From: an uncultured Thermoplasmatales archaeon
GTDB taxonomy: Archaea > Thermoplasmatota > Penumbrarchaeia > Penumbrarchaeales > Penumbrarchaeaceae
DNA length: 64,000 nucleotides
Assembly (NCBI GenBank): GCA_964563055.1
Contig: CAZLVP010000003.1
Coordinates: 48,646 to 112,645 of the forward strand
Direction: 5' to 3'
The notes under the pieces are model-generated. The model ran no database searches and had not been told where the DNA came from. It saw only the letters and a program-made list of their open reading frames with translations. Numbering within the stretch: the first letter of the stretch is position 1; each line of letters opens with the position of its first letter. A program made the translations under genes and the position numbers. Positions 35,375-44,230 of this stretch are shown piece by piece.

Positions 35375-37102
35375 ATGAAATCCCTAAAAAGGCAATGGAG
35401 GTACGCCCGAGAGGACATTGACCTGGCGGACAGGATATCGAGGGAGCTCGAGATCCCTCTCCTTGTATCCCGATTGCTAGTAGCTAGGGGGATGCGGGAT
35501 GCCGCATCGGTCCATGGGTACCTACACCCGGACCTTCGGCAGCTGCACGACCCGTTCCTGATGGATGGTATGGATGCTGCCGTCAAAAGGGTCACGGAGG
35601 CTATGGAGGGAAATGAGGTCCTGGGCATCCATGGGGATTACGATACCGATGGCATAACCGCAACCGCCCTCATGCTGACCGCCCTTGGCCGTAGGATGAA
35701 CAGAGAGAGGATGGTCTACAAACTGCCATCAAGGTACGACGAGGGTTATGGGATATCCGAGGATTCTGTGAGGGACATGTCCCGAGGCGGGGCGACCCTG
35801 CTCATATCGGTCGACTGTGGTGTACAGGCAATGGAGGCCGTCGACCTCGCTCGCACGCTGGGTATGGACGTGATAGTTACCGACCACCATGAGATGGGGG
35901 CAGAGCTCCCCAGGGCGCTTTCTATCCTTAACCCCAAGGTCAAGGGCTCAGGATATCCGTTCACAGGGCTTTCCGGTGTCGGGGTAGCGTTCAAACTGGT
36001 CCAAGCCCTCAGACTGAGGGATGCCATTTCCGGGGACATCAAGGACCTGCTTCACCTGGTGGCATTGGGGACCATAGCCGATCTCGTCCCTCTAACGGAC
36101 GAGAACCGCCCTCTTGTAAAGGAAGGCCTCCAGGTCCTTTCCTCCACAGGTTCCCCCGGGATCCTAGCCCTCATGAGGGAGACCGGTCTGGACCCGGTCA
36201 AGGGCATTTCGTCCGTCGATGTTTCCCATCGCCTTGCCCCAAGGCTCAATGCGGCAGGGAGGCTCGGGAACCCGGAAATGGCCCTGGAGCTCTTACTGAT
36301 AGAGGACAGGGTGGATGCCGAAGTGTTCGCTAGGGAGCTTAGCTCGTTGAACTTTCGGAGGCAGACAATAGCGGCCAGGGTGATGGGGGAGGCGCTGGAG
36401 ATGGCCAGGACGACAGGTGCGGTCGATAGACCGTCCATCATCGTGGCAAAGGAGGGGTGGAACCCCGGGGTCCTGGGTATAGCGGCGAGCAGGATGTTGG
36501 AGGAGACCGGAAAGCCCTCTGTCGTACTGACCATAGATGGGGGAACGGCGCGAGGGTCCGCAAGGGCCCCATCGGGCTTCGACATGCTCGCAGCCCTGGA
36601 ACGCTGCAAAGGTTTGCTCGACAAGTGGGGTGGTCACGATAGGGCGGCCGGAGTGACATTGGGGGCCGCATCCATCGCTTTGTTCCATGACGGTCTTGAT
36701 GCCTTCATCTCGGAGAGATATCCTATAGGCATTCCCCCACCGGTCATAGATATCGACCTTGACCTGATGCCAGTGGAGCTCGATGTACGGTCCATACTTT
36801 CGTTGGAGATGATGCGGCCCACAGGAATAGGGAACCCTTCCCCATCGGTTTCCATAAGGGATGCATCGGTAGGACCCAGGGTCCACGCGGTGGGTGAGGG
36901 TAAGCACCTCAAGTTCGATCTTTTGGGTGGTGACGGGCGGATAAATTGCATATGGTTCAATTCCGGAGAACGGGCTGGAAGTCTATTCCCCGGTTCCACC
37001 ATAAGCGTTTGTGGATGTCCAGAGATCAACAGATGGGGGGGGAACGAGGAGGTCCAGATCAGGGTATTGGACATCACTGGATGGGATCCCGAGCCCACAT
37101 GA
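35375..37102 (+). CDS. recJ: Single-stranded-DNA-specific exonuclease RecJ (DHH/DHHA1 plus OB fold; bacterial-type architecture).
   Basis: LLVSRLLVARGM, GDYDTDGITA, VIVTDHHE (DHH) and the DHHA1 GGHDRAAG are present. Confidence 0.75.
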   Translation: MKSLKRQWRYAREDIDLADRISRELEIPLLVSRLLVARGMRDAASVHGYLHPDLRQLHDPFLMDGMDAAVKRVTEAMEGNEVLGIHGDYDTDGITATALMLTALGRRMNRERMVYKLPSRYDEGYGISEDSVRDMSRGGATLLISVDCGVQAMEAVDLARTLGMDVIVTDHHEMGAELPRALSILNPKVKGSGYPFTGLSGVGVAFKLVQALRLRDAISGDIKDLLHLVALGTIADLVPLTDENRPLVKEGLQVLSSTGSPGILALMRETGLDPVKGISSVDVSHRLAPRLNAAGRLGNPEMALELLLIEDRVDAEVFARELSSLNFRRQTIAARVMGEALEMARTTGAVDRPSIIVAKEGWNPGVLGIAASRMLEETGKPSVVLTIDGGTARGSARAPSGFDMLAALERCKGLLDKWGGHDRAAGVTLGAASIALFHDGLDAFISERYPIGIPPPVIDIDLDLMPVELDVRSILSLEMMRPTGIGNPSPSVSIRDASVGPRVHAVGEGKHLKFDLLGGDGRINCIWFNSGERAGSLFPGSTISVCGCPEINRWGGNEEVQIRVLDITGWDPEPT

Positions 37103-37222
37103 CGGATGAAGAGGGGGAAGGGTTAAGTAGGCTGGCTGTCAATGGCGATAGTGACCGGCCAGGATCGCCCTGAGATCAAAGGATCTGACCGCTCTTCGGT
37201 CTTCCTGGAAGGTGGTGGAACG

Positions 37223-37828
37223 ATGAAGCACGTTAAGGTGATGGGTTTCGACCTTGATGGGACATTAGTCAAGATCAAACTGGATTTCAGGACAATACGA
37301 AAGGAGCTCGGCATCCCAGAGAGGGACATCCTTTCATACATCTCCTCTCTACCAAAGCCACAGGGCGACAAGCTCCTCAGGGCCGTCGAGGATCGGGAGA
37401 TGGAAGCTGCAGAGAAGGCCGAGATAATGGAAGGCGCCCAGGAGCTATTGGAACATTGCAGGTCCAGGGACATCCGTGTCGTGGTCATCACCAGGAACTC
37501 GGAAAAGGCGAGCAAACGGACCCTTTCCAATTTGGACCTGGAGGTCGATATGGTCATATCCAGGGAGCACTCGGCGCCCAAACCCTCGCCCGAACCGCTC
37601 AACATGGTTCTGGGTCACTTCAAGATCGAACCTTATCAGATGGCCTTTGTAGGTGATTACCTATTTGACATGCAGGCCGGAAGGGCGGCCGGGGTCAAGA
37701 CCATCCTTCTTACGACACAGGAGAGCTGTGACCAGTGGGCCCATGCCGCTGATTTCGTCGTCACCGACCTATACGAGGTCCTGGACCTTCTCAAGGAAGG
37801 CCGGGAGGCCCAGTGCAATGTCCGTTGA
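37223..37828 (+). CDS. HAD-superfamily hydrolase.
   Basis: MKHVKVMGFDLDGTLVK and FVGDYLFDMQAGRAAG are present. Confidence 0.65.
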   Translation: MKHVKVMGFDLDGTLVKIKLDFRTIRKELGIPERDILSYISSLPKPQGDKLLRAVEDREMEAAEKAEIMEGAQELLEHCRSRDIRVVVITRNSEKASKRTLSNLDLEVDMVISREHSAPKPSPEPLNMVLGHFKIEPYQMAFVGDYLFDMQAGRAAGVKTILLTTQESCDQWAHAADFVVTDLYEVLDLLKEGREAQCNVR

Positions 37829-38582
37829 TGCGAATGGAGGCAAGGGTGGGCCAAGGCTCCATCTGATGCTCGTCGATTCCGAACTAGAGATGGTCCCCAA
37901 GGAACTATGGTCCCATCCCTCCGTGGCATCCAACGCCAGAAAGAGGGGTAAGAGACCCTCTCAGGTACTGCTCGATTCCAATCTCCATCACAATGCTCTG
38001 GGAAGCAGGGAAGAGGCTATGAGGAGGGGTAGGCCGGACATCGTCCATCAGTTCCTGCTCCTGGGGCTAGATTCACTGCTCAACCTTGAGGGCGGGCTGA
38101 GGATCTACGTCCATACCAGGAACGATGAGCTCATAGGTGTGGCCCCGAACACCAGGCTCCCCAAGAACCTTAACCGGTACATGGGCCTGTTCGAGGAGCT
38201 TTTCGCATCAGGTGCCGTTCCAAGCAAGGAGGACCCCCTCCTATCGCTCACACCTGGCATGGACCTTGAGAAAAGCATTTCATCTGTCAAGGACAGTGCA
38301 CGGTCGGCCGGAAGGGACCTCACGATCGTCCTTCTCGATCAGGAAGGGGAGAAAAAAGGGGCCTACGAACTTTTCAGAGACCTACCTGGTCTGGTCGAAG
38401 GAAGAAGTGATGTCCTTTGTCTGGTCGGCGGGTTCTCTCATGGCGACTTCAGATCGGATGTGAAAGCTATAAGCGACCGATCGATCAGCCTTTCCGACTC
38501 GATTCTCAAGGTCTGGGGCGTCGAGATGGAGCTCATTGTGGCCTTCAGGTACTCGATGGGAGAGGGGAAGGGCTCAAAGTAG
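37818..38582 (+). CDS. nep1: Ribosome biogenesis methyltransferase Nep1/EMG1 (SPOUT).
   Basis: RPDIVHQFLLLGLDSLLN is the Nep1 signature. The start overlaps the upstream HAD gene. Confidence 0.75.
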   Translation: MSVDANGGKGGPRLHLMLVDSELEMVPKELWSHPSVASNARKRGKRPSQVLLDSNLHHNALGSREEAMRRGRPDIVHQFLLLGLDSLLNLEGGLRIYVHTRNDELIGVAPNTRLPKNLNRYMGLFEELFASGAVPSKEDPLLSLTPGMDLEKSISSVKDSARSAGRDLTIVLLDQEGEKKGAYELFRDLPGLVEGRSDVLCLVGGFSHGDFRSDVKAISDRSISLSDSILKVWGVEMELIVAFRYSMGEGKGSK

Positions 38583-39500
38583 GCCGTACTTCTGGAGGAG
38601 CATCAGGTCCTCGGTCGAGAGCTTCTCTCCCCTCATGAACTTCTCATAGATCTTCTCGGCCTCGAGCTTTGCCGAGACCGGTGAGGGTTGGGCCGTTGTT
38701 TGGGTCGAAGGCGTGGCCGTCTTCTGGACCTTTTTCTCCTGTGCCCTCTTTCTCTGTCTGAGGGCTATTATGAGCCTATCGAGGTCGTGGACCAGATGTA
38801 TGAGCTCTATGTGCTTCCAGTGCTCCTCGTCGGCCTTCACCTTTGAGGCGACGAAGCTCTCCTGACCGGCATCGGCCTCCTTACGGACCTTGTCCGATTC
38901 GCTGAACCGCTCTATCATCTGGTCATGTTCCTTCTGGGCCAGGTCCGCATATTCGTTGACCATATGGTGGGAATCGTCCATCTTCTTCTTTGCATCGCGG
39001 ACCTTCTGGATGATCTCCCTCATCTCCTCGTTGGCCTCGAACTCCTTCTCCTTCTTGTCTATCTGGGACTTGATCTTGGATATCCTCTCTACAAGGTCCC
39101 TTTCCTTGTCGGCCTCAAGGACCGATGTCTGTTGCTTGAACTCAAGGTCCTTGACCTCCCTTTTCAGCCGGGCAAGGTTCCTCTCCTCCTCCGCAGAGCT
39201 GGTCCTGGATTTCTTGAGCTTGTCGAGCTTTGCCTTCTCCTCGGCGAATACCTTGGTAAGGAGGTCCCTGTTGGCCTTCTCCTGCTGGACCTTTGAATTG
39301 AACTCGTCACGCCTCTCTCTGAACCGGGATGCCTCCTGCAGGAGCTTCTTTACTTGGGCATTGTGCCTGTCCCTGGTCTCAGCGAAGCGCTTCGTCTCCT
39401 GGTTCAGCCTGTCACGCTTCTTCCTATGCGCGTCGGCATCGGCATTGAGCTTGTTCCTGCGCTCCTCCAGTTCCTCGAGGTATTCGGTCATCCCTATCAC
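38574..39500 (-). CDS. Lys/Glu/Arg-rich coiled-coil protein, function unknown.
   Basis: Heptad-rich K/E/R sequence runs over about 250 aa. Confidence 0.45.
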   Translation of the reverse strand: MIGMTEYLEELEERRNKLNADADAHRKKRDRLNQETKRFAETRDRHNAQVKKLLQEASRFRERRDEFNSKVQQEKANRDLLTKVFAEEKAKLDKLKKSRTSSAEEERNLARLKREVKDLEFKQQTSVLEADKERDLVERISKIKSQIDKKEKEFEANEEMREIIQKVRDAKKKMDDSHHMVNEYADLAQKEHDQMIERFSESDKVRKEADAGQESFVASKVKADEEHWKHIELIHLVHDLDRLIIALRQRKRAQEKKVQKTATPSTQTTAQPSPVSAKLEAEKIYEKFMRGEKLSTEDLMLLQKYGLL

Positions 39501-39722
39501 ACAATGTCCATCTTTTTGCCTGCGGGGGAGAACGGGAGCATGCTGGCCCCTGTCCCGGGCTTGGGGGCTATTATAGGGCTACTTTTTAAGGATTTCCATA
39601 TTAGGCATGTTTGTCAATGGTCTGACCATCAGAGGGTCCTTAGGGGCTCCAGTCGGAAATCTACTGTAACATTAATTATATCCCCTGACCGTTGTACCGT
39701 CAGTCAAGGTCGGTGTCAGAGC

Positions 39723-40361
39723 ATGGGCCCGGTGGAGATAGCATTGGTGGCGGCCATAGTCGCATTGGCCCTTGTCCTCTTCTTCTGGACGTTACTGAGC
39801 TCCGTGGTGATCATCCAGCAGTACGAGTCCGGGGTCTATATGAGGCTCGGAAGATATAAAAGGACGTTGGGACCAGGCCTACATCTGGTCGCTCCATTCG
39901 TGTCAAGGATATACAGAGCGGACACACGGGCCCAGGTACTGGACATAGGGAGGACCGAGCTCATGACCCGGGACATGTCACCTGTAGTTGTCGAGGCATT
40001 CATCCAGTACCGTATGGTAAGGCCGGACAACAGCCTTCTCAAGGTGGAGAAATACAGGTCCACCCTATCCCAGATCTCCCACGTCACCATGAGGAAACTT
40101 GTACTGGAACATGATCTGGATGACATCCTACGGAACATTCCCACTATCGGCAAGCAGTTGAAGGAAAGGCTATCCTCAGAGGGCGAAACCCTTGGGGTGG
40201 AGATAGTCCGGGCTGAGATAAAGGAGCTTGAGCCCGTAGGACCTATCAAGGCCGCGATAGAGGATAGGATAGCTGCAGAGAAAGAGAGGCAGGCCATGAT
40301 ACTCAGGGCCGACGGCAGGAAGAGGGCTATGATGATGGATGCCGAGGGGAAAAGGTCCTGA
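39723..40361 (+). CDS. SPFH/band-7 (stomatin/prohibitin-like) membrane protein.
   Basis: An N-terminal TM (IALVAAIVALALVLFFWTLL) is followed by an SPFH core (VIIQQYESGVYMRLGRY...). I set the start at the ATG at 39723. Confidence 0.75.
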   Translation: MGPVEIALVAAIVALALVLFFWTLLSSVVIIQQYESGVYMRLGRYKRTLGPGLHLVAPFVSRIYRADTRAQVLDIGRTELMTRDMSPVVVEAFIQYRMVRPDNSLLKVEKYRSTLSQISHVTMRKLVLEHDLDDILRNIPTIGKQLKERLSSEGETLGVEIVRAEIKELEPVGPIKAAIEDRIAAEKERQAMILRADGRKRAMMMDAEGKRS

Positions 40362-40440
40362 ACCCACCTTTAAGGGTCCATCTGACGCTTTGATGATGAT
40401 AATTTTATAATAGAAGTAAAGGGTTCATTTTCGACGACAC

Positions 40441-41460
40441 ATGCTCAAGAAGATCTCAATGACAGTCGATGAAAGGGTACTCCTCCACCTTATGGATTTC
40501 ATACCCTTCGAGGAGGATTTCGAATCGCCCGAGGGTACGACCCAGGCAGGGATAGCCAAAGGGGTGGCCATAGAGAGGAAGCACATCCCCAGAGCGGTCA
40601 AGAAGCTCATGTCCGACAACCTTGTCGAGACCAAGGTCTCACATGTCAGGGGTGCCAAGCAGAGGAAGAAGGTCTATTTCCTGACCTTTGAAGGCAAGGC
40701 ACTGGCCAGGAGGATATGGGAATCCTTGGCAAAGAAGCCTGTCATAATCAAGGACGAGTCCGGTAACGAGACCGAGACGACATTCTCAGAGCTCTGCTTC
40801 ACCTATCAGGTCGGAAGGACCCCGCTCCAGCTCCTTCAGGACTTCCAGGACGGGAATGTGTATTCCCCGACAGCCTCCGCAAAGCAGACGGTCGAGAAGG
40901 AGACCAAGAGACCGTCAAAGGAGGGTAAGGTCGATGGTGCGAAGGAGGTCTACCGGAAGGCCCTCGTGAAGGCCTGGGAGGATTCCATACTGACCAAGGA
41001 GGAATCCCAGCTGCTCAAAGAGCTAAGGGACTCCCTTGGGATAACCGAGCTCGATCATAGGAACCTGCAGGAGGAGATACTCGGGGGCGGTAAGGCGCAG
41101 GGGAGGGAGCTCAACAGGTCCGAGATCTACAGGAAGGTCCTCGAGGTCGCGGTCAGGGACGGCCGGATAACCCAGGACGAGCAGGACATCCTCGATGAAC
41201 TGGAGAGATCGCTAGGTCTGAACAAGGACCAGGCCATGAAGCTGAGGATGGAGATGCAGCTCCTCAAAGGTGAGGGTATAATGACCCCGGAGAAGAGGGA
41301 CCGCAACTACAAGGACATATACGGGTCCGTCATAAGGGAGTCCATGAAGGATGGGAAGATAAGCAGGGACGAGCAGAACCTGATACTTCTTTTAAAGAGG
41401 CTCCTTGAGATAGAGGACAAGGAGCACCTGGACATCTACAACGATGTGAAGGGGGCCTGA
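40441..41460 (+). CDS. Winged-helix N-terminal domain protein with three tandem repeats of about 45 aa ('Y(R/K)K.L..A..DG.I..DE...L..L...LG').
   Basis: The repeats YRKALVKAWEDSILTKEESQLLKELRDSLGI, YRKVLEVAVRDGRITQDEQDILDELERSLGL and YKDIYGSVIRESMKDGKISRDEQNLILLLKRLLEI are present. The motif reappears in the protein at 45525-46805. Confidence 0.55.
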   Translation: MLKKISMTVDERVLLHLMDFIPFEEDFESPEGTTQAGIAKGVAIERKHIPRAVKKLMSDNLVETKVSHVRGAKQRKKVYFLTFEGKALARRIWESLAKKPVIIKDESGNETETTFSELCFTYQVGRTPLQLLQDFQDGNVYSPTASAKQTVEKETKRPSKEGKVDGAKEVYRKALVKAWEDSILTKEESQLLKELRDSLGITELDHRNLQEEILGGGKAQGRELNRSEIYRKVLEVAVRDGRITQDEQDILDELERSLGLNKDQAMKLRMEMQLLKGEGIMTPEKRDRNYKDIYGSVIRESMKDGKISRDEQNLILLLKRLLEIEDKEHLDIYNDVKGA

Positions 41461-41542
41461 AGGGGCATTTTCTTGTCATGTTCGCTTCAAAATCCTTTTA
41501 TAATATACTCAAGATGAGGTCATATAACGGGAAGGTCGATAT

Positions 41543-41824
41543 ATGCTGGAAGAGCTTACATCATTGCTGGACCTGAGGGTTTATACACCGTGGGGAGTGG
41601 AGATCGGGGGTATAACCAATCTCGAGATAGATTCCGAGATGAGCGAGATCTCGAACTTGATCATCGAACAGACCAATGAGAAGATAGTGGAGGATGGGGC
41701 CAGCATCATGATACCCTACAGGTGGATCATGGCCCTTGGCGATATCGTTATACTCCGCCACTTCCCCCAGGACCTTCCGATAAAGAACACCTCTGAGCTG
41801 GGAGTGGGAGAGTACCGCTACTAG
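41543..41824 (+). CDS. PRC-barrel domain protein.
   Basis: LDLRVYTPWGVEIGGITNLEIDSEMSEISNLII is typical of archaeal PRC barrels. Confidence 0.6.
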   Translation: MLEELTSLLDLRVYTPWGVEIGGITNLEIDSEMSEISNLIIEQTNEKIVEDGASIMIPYRWIMALGDIVILRHFPQDLPIKNTSELGVGEYRY

Positions 41825-41834
41825 GGGTCCGATC

Positions 41835-42047
41835 ATGCCACCAGGAAAAGAGGCTCCTTTAGAGAGGACCTGCGATGTCGAGAGATGTCAGTCGAAGGCC
41901 GAACGCTCGGTGAATGCGAAGAAGGCTTCGAAGGCAGGCCTAGAAGTGAAGGGGGAGAGGGGGAACGTCCACCTCTGCAGGGAGCATTACAGGCAGTTCA
42001 AGAAGGGGACCAAAGAGGATAGGAAGCTCGAGAGGCTCGGATGGTAG
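41835..42047 (+). CDS. Small Cys/His-containing protein, possibly zinc-binding.
   Basis: The C-x4-C...H-x-C-x2-H arrangement (CDVERC...HLCREH) is present. Confidence 0.35.
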   Translation: MPPGKEAPLERTCDVERCQSKAERSVNAKKASKAGLEVKGERGNVHLCREHYRQFKKGTKEDRKLERLGW

Positions 42048-42119
42048 GTCCTGTTCCAGAACGCAAGATTGATATCTTAAAAGGATTTCAACCCACTGGG
42101 ACCACATAGGTAATGCAGT

Positions 42120-42197
42120 GGGCACGTAGTATAGCCTGGATAATGCGTTAGCCTCCTAAGCTAAATGCCAAGGGTTCGAATCCCTTCGTGCCCGCCA
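42120..42197 (+). tRNA. tRNA-Arg (anticodon CCT), with CCA encoded.
   Basis: I folded it by hand. The acceptor GGGCACG/CGTGCCC, D stem GTAT/ATGC, anticodon stem TTAGC/GCTAA with loop CTCCTAA, T arm AAGGG-TTCGAAT-CCCTT, discriminator G and CCA are all in place. Confidence 0.8.
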
Positions 42198-42213
42198 TTT
42201 TTTTGTTAAAAAC

Positions 42214-42246
42214 TGGCGCACTCAGGGTTCGAACCCTTGATTGGCG
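42214..42246. other. tRNA-like fragment (T-arm plus acceptor 3' strand) with no 5' half.
   Basis: TGGCGCACTCAGGGTTCGAACCCTTGATTGGCG contains the palindromic T-arm core GGTTCGAACC. It reads as ...GAGTGCGCCA-3' on the minus strand. I found no complementary 5' acceptor strand within 200 nt. Confidence 0.3.
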
Positions 42247-42416
42247 TTACTAATCCTGATAAATGAACGTTCATGAGAAGGTAAGTATTTTATTACAGCT
42301 AATTTCAAAAGAAGAGAATGGGGTAATTTAGAGATTATTTGAAAGAAGTGTCAGGACGATTTCTGGGGTCGCTGACGGTTCAGTAGTAGGTGGATCAGGT
42401 TCATTGTTGTAAGGGT

Positions 42417-44078
42417 TCATCGCTGGGTCGTACCTGCCGATGGGACGCCGTTCTCGATATTGATAAAATCCCTCAAGAGCGAATTGCTCACCCTCTGCCG
42501 GTACTCCCTTCTGCTCATCTGATAGATTATGACGTCCGCCTTCCCGCCATCGACCGGCTGGTACTCACGAAGGATCCCCGCCTTCCTGAAGCCTGTAAGT
42601 TCCAGTACCCGCTTGGTCTGGTCCTTTGTCGCGGTAACGTATGTGATGAGGTTCTCCAGCTTCATCCTGTCGAAGGCTATGCCCAACAGGAGCTCGGCCG
42701 ATTCCTTGCCGTAACCCTTGCCCTGGCTATCCTTGTCCCCTATCAGGAAGGATATCTCCGCGCTCTTGTTCAAAGGATTGATGTTCTCCAGGGAGCAGAC
42801 CCCTATCTCCCTTCCATCGGAACGTTCGAGCATCAACAGATCGAAATCGTCATGGCCGGATATGAAATACTTGTCTATGAGATTGTCCTCGGAGTAGCTG
42901 TGGACATCGAACCCGTTCTCCCCCTTGTTCACCTCTAGCTCGTTGTACCATTTCGATATGAGGTCAAGGTTCTCGTACTTCACAGGTTTGAGGATGAGAT
43001 TATCCGTCATGTAGGCCTCGTCCGTGGCCCTGGAGGTCTTCATAGGGTCGATCCTGTAGCGCTTCAAGGCCTCCTGAACGATCCGTTCTATGATCTGCTT
43101 GTAGGGGTATCCCGCCGCGTTGGCGCTCCTTACGAACCCGCCATCCAGATAGATCCAGGGATTGGGGTTCACCTCAAGAACGTAGGGGACACCGTCCCTC
43201 AGGCGAATATCGACCCTTGCATAGTCCCTGCAACCAGTTGCCTTGTAGGCATCGAGCGCCGCCTTCTTCACCCTTCGTTCGATATCAGGTGGCAGGTCCG
43301 CAGGGCACACCCCTGTGGTCCGATTATAGACATCCGTACCCTCGCACCACTTCGCCTGGTAGCTAACTATGTTCGGCTGTCCCTTTTCGAAATCGAAGGT
43401 TATCTCCGAGATGGGCAGGACCTCTAGCTTGTTCCCGTTCCCGATTATGGAGACGTTCAGTTCCCTTCCGTCTATGAACTCCTCGACGAGGGCGGGCTGA
43501 TGGAAGTTCTTGAGGATCCTTTCGACCATCACCTCGAGCTCGGCCCTGTTGTTCACAAGAGAGTCCATGGATATCCCAAGGCTCCCGTCCTCCATCGCAG
43601 GTTTGACGAAAAGGGGATAGTTCAGTTCGGGGTCGGTCGATTGCTTCTTTCTCACGAACTTCTGGTACTTAGGTGTCGGGATATCGTTCGCCACGAGCAT
43701 GTGCTTTGTCCGTATCTTGTTCATGCACAGTCCGAGGGTGAAGGAATCGGACCCGGTATAGGGGATCTCCAACAGGTCAAGGAAACCGGGTATCCATGGT
43801 TCTTTCTTGGAATCCTCCTCCAGCCCCTCACAGAGGTTGAAGATGAGGTCGAAGCTCCTTCTTCGCAGCGTCTGGATGGCGTTACGGCTCACACGGATGG
43901 GTATGACCTCATTATCGTCCTTTAAGACCGAGAGGATGCTCTGAACGGGATCACCGATCTCGCTGTCGGGCATTATGTCTATGTCCTTCCCGTAATCGGT
44001 GCTCTCGACGATGTTGTAGAGGATGCCTATCTTCATTGCTATCGACCGGAAGGCCATAGGCACATTGCTGCCCTGCAC
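42417..44078 (-). CDS. Fusion protein with an N-terminal ATP-grasp ligase (D-Ala-D-Ala ligase-like) and a C-terminal GNAT (RimL-like) N-acetyltransferase.
   Basis: The N-terminal half has MKIGILYN, a central Ddl-like ATP-grasp and EVNPNPW near the end of the grasp fold. The C-terminal half has GNAT motifs ISFLIGDKDSQGKGYGKESAELLLGIAFD. Confidence 0.6.
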   Translation of the reverse strand: MQGSNVPMAFRSIAMKIGILYNIVESTDYGKDIDIMPDSEIGDPVQSILSVLKDDNEVIPIRVSRNAIQTLRRRSFDLIFNLCEGLEEDSKKEPWIPGFLDLLEIPYTGSDSFTLGLCMNKIRTKHMLVANDIPTPKYQKFVRKKQSTDPELNYPLFVKPAMEDGSLGISMDSLVNNRAELEVMVERILKNFHQPALVEEFIDGRELNVSIIGNGNKLEVLPISEITFDFEKGQPNIVSYQAKWCEGTDVYNRTTGVCPADLPPDIERRVKKAALDAYKATGCRDYARVDIRLRDGVPYVLEVNPNPWIYLDGGFVRSANAAGYPYKQIIERIVQEALKRYRIDPMKTSRATDEAYMTDNLILKPVKYENLDLISKWYNELEVNKGENGFDVHSYSEDNLIDKYFISGHDDFDLLMLERSDGREIGVCSLENINPLNKSAEISFLIGDKDSQGKGYGKESAELLLGIAFDRMKLENLITYVTATKDQTKRVLELTGFRKAGILREYQPVDGGKADVIIYQMSRREYRQRVSNSLLRDFINIENGVPSAGTTQR

Positions 44079-44230
44079 GCCCCTTGGCCGACCGTATGTC
44101 GAAGAGGATAAATTATTCTATCGGAATTTCGGTCCTTTTCAACAAGGATAACAAGCTACATCGATAGCATTCAAAAGGTCCCTTCACCGCTCTTCTGCCT
44201 TGCGACCGATCGTGTCTTCGAATTAGGTCT

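Noticed and set aside
38890-39576. + ORFs (228 aa and 123 aa) antisense to the coiled-coil gene, plus the 5' part of the 39354 ORF.
   Set aside because: The minus frame encodes a consistent K/E heptad protein. The SPFH gene proper starts at the internal ATG at 39723, with its TM right after it, so the upstream 123 codons of that ORF are non-coding or shadow.
42214-42330. A second complete tRNA next to tRNA-Arg.
   Set aside because: I could fold only a T-arm and one acceptor strand. No complementary 5' acceptor, D-arm or anticodon arm lies on either strand within about 200 nt. I therefore report it as a fragment, not a tRNA gene.
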